From Octopus sinensis (lineage: Eukaryota), in the NCBI RefSeq assembly GCF_006345805.1, contig NC_043007.1:22940001-23004000 (forward strand): a stretch of 64,000 nucleotides of DNA, in the 5' to 3' direction. This document shows positions 38,750 through 49,146 of the stretch, in pieces (the first letter of the stretch is position 1; each line of letters starts with the position of its first letter). The notes under the pieces are model-generated. The model made no database searches. It saw only the letters and a program-made list of their open reading frames with translations, and was not told where the DNA came from. A program made the position numbers and the translations under genes.

Positions 38750-39159
38750 CTAGCAGCTAAGCCCAGTTTCACCCGGTCTGTTTGGATAATGTGGCTGTGT
38801 TCATTTTCAGTTAGGCATAATCTATAAGAGCGTTTTTCAACCTTATCATTTCGGGTCCCCTGTTTCGATTGGAGCCTTCAGTTGTATGAAAATTTCCTGA
38901 CCCCACCCCGTCAGAAAACAGCTTCTAAGCAACTGGTTGTTTTATTGGCGGAAGAAAGAGGGGAATTCCATTAGAAGAAGATTTCATCGATTTTCTCCGT
39001 AAGTATGGGGGCTAGGAAAAAACTACAAACCACATTCCAATCTATGCACCTGTCTCCACATGTGTGCCCTTTTTCACTCAAATCCACCCAGCCGTTTGGC
39101 TGTGAACCTCAAGACAAGAAAGAATACAACAATCGTCTATCTCCAATTTATATTATAGA
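38750..39159 (-). mobile_element. Non-autonomous Helitron-like element
   Basis: On minus: A|TCTATAATATAAA...CCGGGTGAAACTGGG...CTAG|T (TC start, subterminal hairpin, CTAG end, AT target). Confidence 0.7.
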
Positions 39160-39331
39160 TTAAACATAGGCACAGGAGTGGCTGTGTGGTAAGCAGCTGC
39201 TTATCAATCACATGGTTCCGGGTTCAGTCCCCTGCGTGGCACCTTGGGCAAGTGTCTTCTACTATAGCCTCGGGCCGACCAAAGCCTTGTGAGTGGATTT
39301 GGTAGACGGAAACTGAAAGAAGCCCGTCGTA

Positions 39332-39365
<34 letters not shown>

Positions 39366-39811
39366 CGTGTATGTTTGTGTGTCTGTGTTTGTCCCCCCCC
39401 CAACATCACTTGACAACTGATGGTGGTGTGTTTACATCCCTCTAACTTAGTGGTTCGGCAAGAGATACTGATAGAATAAGTACCAGGCTTACAAAGAATA
39501 AGTCCTGGGGTCGATTTGCTCGACTAAAAAGGTGGTGCTCCAGCATGGCTTCAGTCAAATGGCTGAAACAAGTAAAAGAGTAAAGGAGTAGGCATGGCTG
39601 TGTGGTAAGAAGTTTGCTTCCCAACCACATGGTTCTAGGTTCCATACCACTGTGTTTCACTTTGTCTTTTACTAAACCTTCATACATAGATGCATACATA
39701 AACACATACATGCTTGCTTACAAACATACATATACATATATTGATAGCTATATACATAAATTCACTCATGCATGCATACATGCATACATATATAAACACG
39801 TACTTACATAC

Positions 39812-39842
<31 letters not shown>

Positions 39843-40172
39843 CTTGCTTGCATACATACCCTTTTATATATTAAGAGTGTAGCATGGCTGTAGTATGATG
39901 TAATGCTGTAGATATTTTATTCTGAGATGTGGGCTGGGAAAATATATTCTGAGATAATTGTACTTCATACAAAGAGAAGCAGAAACCTATTTGTATTACC
40001 TGTTCACTTTGTCAGAAACATCTGTTTCTTGTATAATTTCATGTTGCGGTTTACTGGAGTGTATCAAATACTGGTCCGGCTTCTCTCTGCCAAGGAAAAT
40101 ATCACAATGCATCAACGAACCTTCCTTTCCCAGCTTTTGTTTTTTACTCCCCACTCTCTGTCTCACACCATA

Positions 40173-40270
<98 letters not shown>

Positions 40271-40348
40271 CTCCCAACTCTGTCTCACTCCATATATGTG
40301 TGTGTGCATGTGTGTATAAATATATATATGTATATATGTGTATATATA

Positions 40349-40381
<33 letters not shown>

Positions 40382-40430
40382 GAATACACACACACACACA
40401 TATATATATATAGCCACTCTGTATCTCTCC

Positions 40431-40478
<48 letters not shown>

Positions 40479-40640
40479 GTATATATGTGTGTGTGTATGT
40501 ATACACACACACACATATTATAAATACATATTATATATATTATAGTTCAAAACTGAACAAAGAAACAAAACAGATGACAGAGACAGGTGAGGGAATAACA
40601 AACAAGATGTATTAGTTTAACACTCAGGGAAAATGGAAGA

Positions 40641-40680
40641 AGTCTATGATGTTTCAAACCTATGCCCTTCTTCAGAAAAG
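40641..40680 (-). ncRNA. Decayed hammerhead-like motif, same family as 29353-29394
   Basis: Minus strand: CUUUU-CUGAAGA-A-GGGCAUAGGUUU-GAAACAUC-AUAGAC. Flanks align by eye with 29330-29460; several differences look like CpG decay. Confidence 0.35.
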
Positions 40681-42274
40681 AATGAGGATGGGAAACAATG
40701 GAGAGAGGAAAGAAAAATGTGTCTGGATTAACGGTTGCATATGTTGAATTGACCAGAAGGAAGGAAGTGGTTGGGGACAAGGGTGGCTAGGGAGACAGCA
40801 GTGAGCTAAGGGAAATAACACAGGACAAATTCTGCTATGTTAAATACCTAACAATAAGAATTCTTGGTTTAGTAAGATCACCTCCTCCTCTAGAGGTTGT
40901 ATCATAATTACCAAATGGCAATGAAAAGTAGCTCCACTTAGGGAGGGGAGATAATCTCAAGTGTCAAGAATTCTCCAGAATAGACATGCCGTTAGGAAAA
41001 AGGAAGGCTTATTGTCTGGATACAAGAGGAGACCCATGGATAAATGTTTCTTATTTCTTTATTGCCCACAAGGGGTTAAACATAGAGAGGATAAACAAGG
41101 ACAGACAAAGGGACTAAGTCGATTATATCAACCCCAGTGCATAACTGGTACTTAATTTATCGACCCCGAAAGGATGAAAGGCAAAGTTGACCTCGGCGGA
41201 ATTTGAACTCAAAACGTTACGGCAGACAAAATGCCTATTTCTTTACTACTCATAAGGGGCTAAACACAGAGGGGACAAACAAGGACAGACAAACGGATTA
41301 ATCAATTACATTGATCCCAGTGCGTAACTGGTACTTAATTTATCGACCCCAAAAAGGATGAAATGCAAAGTCGACCTCGACGGAATTTGAACTCAGAATG
41401 TAACGGCAGACGAAATGCCTATTTCTTTACTACCTACATGGAGCTAAACACAGAGAGGACAAACAAGGACAGACAAACGGATTAAGTTGATTACATTGAC
41501 TCCAGTGCGTAACTGGTACTTAATTTATCGACCCCGAAAGGATGAAAGGCAAAGTCGACCTCAGCGGAATTTGAACTCAGAACGTAGTGGCAGATGAAAT
41601 ACGGCTAGGCATTTCTCCCGGCATGCTAACATTTCTGCCAGCTCACCGCCTTTGCTTTTATTTCTGCTTACTGATACCAGGTTGATAGGTACAAATACAT
41701 AAATTTATATAAAAAATACATAACCTGCGTGGCACCATGGGGAAGTGTCTTCTAATATAGCCTCGGGCCGACCAAAGCCTTGTGAGTGGATTTGGTAGAC
41801 GGAAACTGAAAGAAGCCCGTCGTATATATGTATATATATATATGCATGTGTGTGTTTGTGTGTCTGTGTTTGTCTCCCTAGCATTGCTTGACAACCGATG
41901 CTGGTGTGTTTATGTCCCTGTTACTTAGCGGTTCAGGAAAAGAAACCGATAGAATAAGTACTGGGCTTACAAAAGAATATGTCCTGGGGTCGAGTTGCTC
42001 GATTAAAGGCGGTGCTCCAGCTTGGCCGCAGTCAAATGACTGAAACAAGTAAGAGAGTAAAAGAGTGTAACCTCACAGCATGGTCAGCTAAACACATGTG
42101 ATAGTGCATTCTGAGTTACTGAGTATTATGAGCGGTTGCTGGAATGCATTTTTGTGGTACAAGCAGAATCTCTAACTGATCTCTGGCCTGTGATATCAGA
42201 GAACAATCTGTGATAAGCATAATGTGGTTCACAATTGAGCTTACTGTGTTACACCAGATCAGTGATGAATAAAA

Positions 42275-42657
42275 GGAGGCGCAATGGCCCAGTGGTTAGG
42301 GCAGCGGACTTGCAGTCATAGGATCGCGGTTTCGATTCCCAGACCGGGCGTTGTGAGTGTTTATTGAGCAAAAACACCTAAAGCTCCACGAGGCTCCGGC
42401 AGGGGATGGTGGTGATCCCTGCTGTACTCTTTCACCACAACTTTCTCTCACTCTTACTTCCTGTTTCTGTTGTACCTGTATTTCAAAGGGACGGCCTTGT
42501 CACTCTCTGTGTCACGCTGAATATCCCCGAGAACTACGTTAAAGGTACACGTGCCTGTGGAGTGCTCAGCCACTTACACGTTAATTTCACGAGCAGGCTG
42601 TTCCGTTGATTCAGATCAACCGGAACCCTTGTCGTCGTAACCGACGGAGTGCTTCCA
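42275..42657 (+). mobile_element. tRNA-derived SINE family C (also ~21579-21895 +, 50128-50233 -, 52758-53060 +, 54855-55162 -)
   Basis: GGAGGCGCAATGGCCCAGTGGTTAGGGCAGCGGAC...GGTTTCGATTCC head with A/B boxes; body shared among copies. Confidence 0.8.
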
Positions 42658-42796
42658 TGATGAATAAATAAAATTGATGGGCAAGGTTACACGTACTGGA
42701 AACAGAATATAAACTATCAGCCCTTTGGCTGGTTGCCTAATGCTCTATACAATCAAACAGTTACAAATAAGGATTAGATTCAATTTCAAATATTAC

Positions 42797-42818
42797 CTTC
42801 TTTCGTCATTTCCACAAC
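42797..42818 (-). CDS. Orphan secreted protein, 22-nt microexon
   Basis: tttctttgtttcag|GTTGTGGAAATGACGAAAGAAG|gtaata encodes (G)CGNDER(S). Phase 1/2 is what is needed to join the flanking exons. Confidence 0.68.
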
Positions 42819-44064
42819 CTGAAACAAAGAAAACAACAAATTTTACTATGGTAAGCTGCAACAAAGAAATCCTTTAAGTAATATAAAAGAAAACAAGGAA
42901 GATCTTCAGAGATTTCTTTTAGATTGGAACTTTATCTCTTCTGACAACTTATTATCAAAGCTGTAATGTTGCTAGAGGTGTAAGGGAAATAGACCACCTT
43001 GGGTGAAGCTTTTATGAGGGCAACACTTTTGTATAATCTTATATAGACTGTATAGATCCCAGTCGGGGTAGCAAATTCAAGGGTTGCCCTGAGCAGCACA
43101 CACATTTTAGCTTTGCTACAAGCGACTCTCTATAATAGTCATGGGCACACTGGGGTACAGGGGTTTTCCTGAATGGCATGCCAATAAAAAATTACCTTGA
43201 ATTATTTTAGCTGTACAGCCCACCTAATAATGAACCATGTCTCATGTGGTCTACTTCTCTAAAAACAAAGGTTGCTCGTGCCTGTTATATATGGTAACTC
43301 AACCTTCTAGAAACTGAAACAAGAGGGAGATTTGATCTATTAAGTTCAGCAATCAAATTTCCCTTGAATCACAGGTTATGTTCTTGAAAATAGTATAACA
43401 AATTAGATAACATAGACTTCAATAGACAAAAGACAGGATGGTCTTATGTGGTGACCACCACCACCACCACCAGCTATCAACAACAGCAACAACAACAACA
43501 ACAACAGTACCAACAAGATCAGTAACAAATGCAACAGCAATAGTCACAACAGCAGTACAGAAGCAGCTTCAAGAAAATTATTAACCATCTTACCAACAAT
43601 AACTCTGAGCACCTTTTCAAACTCCACCTATCTAACACCTGTGGACATGTATACAAAGTCAGAAAACAGCACAGCTCCCATGACTTTTGGAAACATTTTT
43701 TCACACTAAGTATTGCTGAAGTATGGAACAAACTGCCAGTATCAGTTGTTAGTTGTTGGAGCATTGCATCCTTCAACACTTCCATGCTTCCTGAGATTCG
43801 CCAACACTACACCTGATTTTCTCCCCTCCATACACACGCAAGCATGTATCTGACTCATACACTGTTCACTTTCCAGACATTTGTACATTACTGCATATGC
43901 TTTATATGCACTTTCTGACAAGTTGTGGTGCACCTGAGCACTGCATACAATAATTTCATTATCATTATAACAAGAACTACAGCCTCATCCATTACAACAA
44001 CAATAACACTTCCATCACTGTAACAATAACTGCCCCCCGGTAACCATTATAATATATAACATAC

Positions 44065-44119
44065 CTGCAGTGTTCTGCCAACAAAACAAAACTGCTGTGA
44101 TAAAAAAGAGGGTCTTCAT
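44065..44119 (-). CDS. Orphan putative secreted protein, coding exon 1 (signal peptide)
   Basis: ttttctattcttttag|CA ATG; MKTLFFITAVLFCWQNTA(G) has a basic residue, hydrophobic core and small residues; donor CAG|GTATGT; 55 coding nt, phase 1. Confidence 0.72.
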
Positions 44120-44303
44120 TGCTAAAAGAATAGAAAAGAAAAAATGCCTGATTTCAGCTGTCCCTTAACATATAACAGCTACTGGTGTGTAGAAGGTGTG
44201 TAGCATGTAGTAATAAGCTACACACACACACACACACACAGGATTCAATTGAATCAGGTACTTAAATGGTATATCTAAATAACAACAGATGGATAATGGT
44301 TCG

Positions 44304-44405
44304 TTTACTACAGCTGTTTCCAACAAGTTTTTTTTTATTGATGAATAGAGATATTATTACATCATGCAAAAAAAAAAAGAAAGAAAACTGTTTTCATCAG
44401 GTGAA
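44304..44405 (-). ncRNA. Partly degenerate type-I hammerhead motif
   Basis: Minus strand: UUCAC-CUGAUGA-AAACAGUUUU...AAAACUUGUUG-GAAAC-AGCU-GUA-GUAAA. Palindromic stem III ACAGCUGU; one mismatch in stem I and one at the base of stem II. Confidence 0.55.
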
Positions 44406-44694
44406 TATACGTGAATTACACATTTAAAACGTTCCAAAAGTCACCAGTTTGTGCCACTTCTTGATATGATTCCTGCACAAAATTTTAGTGAACGCGATAG
44501 AATATATATATATATATGTATGTATATATATATATATATAGTCAAGAAACAAGGGAAGGGATTATTATTTTAGAAGTGGAGATTGTAAATTTGGAAGTTA
44601 TATGATGAGTTAATATAGAGGTTTACAGATTACTAAAGGTCATTTTTAAGGAGTTATATATATGTATGTATATTTATGTATATAAATATATATT

Positions 44695-44742
<48 letters not shown>

Positions 44743-44912
44743 TAAATAAATGGTACAACGAAGTACTGATATTTACTGGAAAATAGCGATCATAATAAAT
44801 ACGACGCTATTGTATAGCTTCACTGCGTATATAGTAGCTAAGACGTGTGTGTGCTACAAACATGAAAAAAATTTGTCTTACCTCTGAAAAATGAAAAACC
44901 TAGAAACGGATA

Positions 44913-44983
44913 ATGCAGGACCGGTTTCAGACTCTTCAAATATGTTTGACAACGTAGATTTGATTTGTCTTCATCAGCTGCAT
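44913..44983 (-). ncRNA. Minimal type-I hammerhead ribozyme motif (Penelope-like-element type), canonical core
   Basis: Minus strand: AUGCAG-CUGAUGA-AGAC[34 nt]GUCU-GAAAC-CG-GUC-CUGCAU. Perfect 6-bp stem I, 4-bp stem II base, palindromic stem III ACCGGU, GUC cleavage triplet. Confidence 0.75.
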
Positions 44984-45744
44984 ATACCTAGACAACATTT
45001 CAAATGTTGCCACATCTATGCCAGTATATATATATATATATATATATATATGTGCAGTTCTATATTTAAGAGACAAGGAATTACTCTTTTACTTGTTTCA
45101 GTCATGTGACTGTGGCCATGCTAGAGCACCACCTTTAGTCGAGCAAATCGACCCCCAGGACTTATTCTTTGTAAGCCTAGTACTTATTCTATAGGTCTCT
45201 TTTGCCGAACTGCTAAGTTACGGGGATGTAAACACACCACCATCGGTTGTCAAGTGATGTTGGGGGTACAAACATGTATGTATGTATGTATGTATGTGTG
45301 TATGTATGTATGTATGTATGCATGTATGCATGTAAGCATGTTTGTAAGTAAGTTTGCATGTATGTATGTGTATGTATGTGTGTATATATGTATGTGTGTA
45401 TGTATGTGTGCATGTATGTATGTATGTATGTATGTATGTATGTATGTATTGAAGGTGACTCTTTGTACCTAACTCAGAACATGCAATTTTAAAAATCCAA
45501 ACCATATAATTACATAGGTTATATATAGCTTATAGTTTATATATATAGCTTATAGTTTATATATAGCATATATGTAGCCTCTTTATCACTGTAATTCAAA
45601 AACATGAAGGATTTATCTCAAAATTGGATTTTATATTTATACATGATGTGTGCGTGTGTGTCTGTGTGCGTGCATATGATATTTGTGTATATTTATGTAT
45701 CTACGCTATATTTTTGAAGTGAATACATATCCATGCTCATAAAT

Positions 45745-45786
<42 letters not shown>

Positions 45787-45919
45787 GAAGGAAAATTTAT
45801 TTTAAGTCTTCTCAAATATGAGTTAATTAATTCTGTCCAGAATATATTTCTAGCCTTGCTCTAAACAAATTTTGGTTTTATTACATTCAGAATTATTTAA
45901 TTAGCTCATATGGTCAGTG

Positions 45920-46066
45920 CACACACCACATAGTCTCTCTCTCACACACACAAAATACAAACACGTTCACACATACACACACATTTGTATGTATGTGTGT
46001 GTGTGTATATACATACACATACATGCAAATACATATACACACATATAATATATATATATATATAGC

Positions 46067-46101
<35 letters not shown>

Positions 46102-46122
46102 GCATATACATATATAATATAC

Positions 46123-46204
<82 letters not shown>

Positions 46205-46390
46205 CATCATACATACATACATGTATATATATATATACATATATAATTACATACATACATCATGCATACATATGTGTGTGTGGATATATATATATATATT
46301 TGGTATGTATGTTATGTATGTATGTATGGTATGTATGTTATGTATGTATATATATATATATATATATATATCTATCTATCTATCTATCTA

Positions 46391-46445
<55 letters not shown>

Positions 46446-46540
46446 ATATATATATATATAGATATATATATATATAGATATATATATATATAGATATATA
46501 TATATATATATCTAGATAGATAGATAGATAGATATAGATT
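45920..46540. repeat. Long compound (TA)/(CA)/(TATG)/(TAGA)n microsatellite field
   Basis: Direct inspection. Similar fields at 2420-2530, 3810-4040, 40170-40540, 45275-45450, 49040-49200. Confidence 0.95.
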
Positions 46541-48124
46541 GTAATATTATTTTGTCATGCACTAAATGGGAGATTTACATTGCCAGGTAGTTTATTTTTA
46601 ATTTTCTTTGATATACAAAACACCTGATTGAAAATGTATATGGTTCTGATGATATAACCTCTCAACTGAATGGTAGCCAATTTGGACAGAATCAATGTAT
46701 TATATCTTGAACAATTTGATTTAGAGCAAAATTAATAATATATTCTAGAGTAGAACTAATTAATGTAGATCATCATCATCATTATCATCATCATCATCAT
46801 CGTTTAATGTCCGCTTTCCATGCTAGCATGGGTTGGACAATCATGGGTTGTTCATACATATCTATATATATATTTATATGTACATATATATAACAGTATA
46901 CATACACATACACATGTATATCTGCGGGTGTAACTGTGTGTTAAGAAGTTTGCTTCACAACCATATGGTTCTGGGTTCAGTCCCACTGCATGGCACCTCA
47001 GGATACTGTCTTCTACTTTAGCCCAGGGCTGATGAAAATCTTGAGAGAAGATTAAGCAGATGGAAACTGAAAGAATCCTATCATATATGTGTGTGTATTT
47101 GTATGTGTGTGTGTGTGTGTATGTACATGTGTCATCATCATCATCATCATCATCATTGTTTAACGTCTGCTTTCCATGCTAGCATGGGTTGGACGATTTG
47201 ACTGAGGACTGGCAAACCAGATGGCTGCACTAGGCTTCAATCTTACCTGGCAGAGTTTCTACAGCTGGATGCCCTTCCTAATGCCAACAACTCTAAGAGT
47301 GTAGTGGGTGCTTTTACGTGCCACCGGCACGGGGGCCAGTCAGGTGGTACTGGCAATGGCCACGCTCACATGGTGCTTTTTATGTGCCGCCTGCACAGGA
47401 GTCAGTCCAGCAGCACTGGAAACAACCTCACTTGAATGTTTTTTTCGTGTGTCACCAGCACAAGCGCCAGTAAGGCGACGCAGGTAACGATCACGCTCGA
47501 ATGGTGTCTTTTACGTGCCATTGGCACGAAGGCCAGCTTGTTGCTCTGGCAACGATCATACTCATATGGTACTCTTAGCGCTCCACTAGCAACAGATGCC
47601 AGTCATCGAATTTGAATGTCTTTATGTTTGTGTTTGTCCCCCACCCCTGCTTGACAATCGATGTTGTGTTTGATTATGTCCCCATAAGTTAGTGGTTTGG
47701 TAAAAAGATACTAATGGTGTTAGCACCAGGCTTAAAAATAAGTACTGGGGTCAACATGTTTGACTGAACCCTTCAAAGCAGTGCCCCAGCATGGCTGCAG
47801 TCCAGTGACTGATGATGATATTCTTTATGGAATAGTATATCTTTATATGCGGAGGCACGTGGCCTAGTGGTTAGGGTGTCAGCACCATGATCGTAAGATT
47901 GTGGTTTCGATTCCTGAACCGGGCAACACGTTGTGTTCTTGAGCAAAACGCTTCATTTCACATTGCTCCAGTCCACTCAGCTGGCAAAAATGAGTAACGC
48001 TGCGATGGACTGGCGCCCTGTCCAGCTGAGGAACACATACAGAGCCAGAGGCAGTTTCAGCCGGGTTGGTATCAAAAGGGTTAATTGTGAATATGAAGGA
48101 AACAAGGTAAGACAAATCAGTTGT

Positions 48125-48547
48125 GGGATCTTTTCAGCTTGAACGGCAGTTTTTAAAAATAATTTCCATGTAACTAAACACTTTTAAACTTCGTATACTA
48201 GTAGAATGTGTTTATAAAACATCTTTTTCTCTTGGCTTTATTAAGAAAATTCTATAGTTTGTAGATATTTGTTGTTTTTTTTCTTCAATTTCTGCAATTT
48301 CAACCAATCAATGACGTCTATTGAGGTGAAAACATTCTGTGCCGTATGAATATGTCCCTCGTTTAAGAAACAGATTGGGTTTATTTACATTTCTGAAGAA
48401 AAAAAATACCCTTCCCCCCACTCCTAACCCTAACCCTAACCCTAAAACAGATTGAAATGCAATAGATCGATACTAGGGTCATAATTATGGGTGACAATTT
48501 CATATGACACCGCTAGAAAAAACTGCCGTTCAAACCGAAAAGATCCC
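48125..48547. mobile_element. MITE with 6-bp TSD and internal (CCCTAA)n
   Basis: TIR GGGATCTTTTC(A/G)G(C/T)TTGAACGGCAGTTTT; TSD AGTTGT on both sides. A related inverted copy lies at ~16400-16745. Confidence 0.75.
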
Positions 48548-49109
48548 AGTTGTGAAATGGGAGATTTGAGATAAAAAATTTCATTAGCAACCAAATTACC
48601 GTTTGTACGTGGCTGTATGTGATTAATCCAATTATTTCTTTATATTATAAATGTTCCAGTCCTGCAGAGTTGAATGGTGTTGGTTATAAAACTTGAGAGC
48701 TTCTTGGGTAGAGTATACGGGAATTGTTTCAGGCAGAGCTTATTGACTGTGATAGAAAAGAGTTGTGTATTGGAAGCACTGTCTATCAGGGATGTGGTTG
48801 TGGTGCTGGGGAAAGCAGGCTTGGGATCAAATCTTAAATAAAGTAGCCTGCTCTGTTCTAGGTTTGAGAGTGTTACAGATGGCACTATAGAAGTTATCTT
48901 ATCTATCAGTGTACTTTTGTAAGAATGTGTGTGTTTGTGTGTGTGCGCATGTTGTTATATGTATGTGTGAATGTTTATATTTGATTGTGTTTGTGTGAAT
49001 GTGTATGTATTAATGTATTTGTATGACAATGTGTTTGTACGAGTGTATATATATATACATACATACATTCATATATATATATATATGTATATGTGTGTGT
49101 GTGTGAGTG

Positions 49110-49146
<37 letters not shown>

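Noticed and set aside
39927-40615. YIYI/CVCV/THTH ORFs here and at 2338-2659, 3809-4170, 45213-46493, 48971-49323
   Set aside because: Dinucleotide repeat artefacts.
42275-42350. tRNA-like sequences at SINE heads
   Set aside because: They run directly into SINE bodies and lack a closed acceptor stem; not called as tRNA genes.
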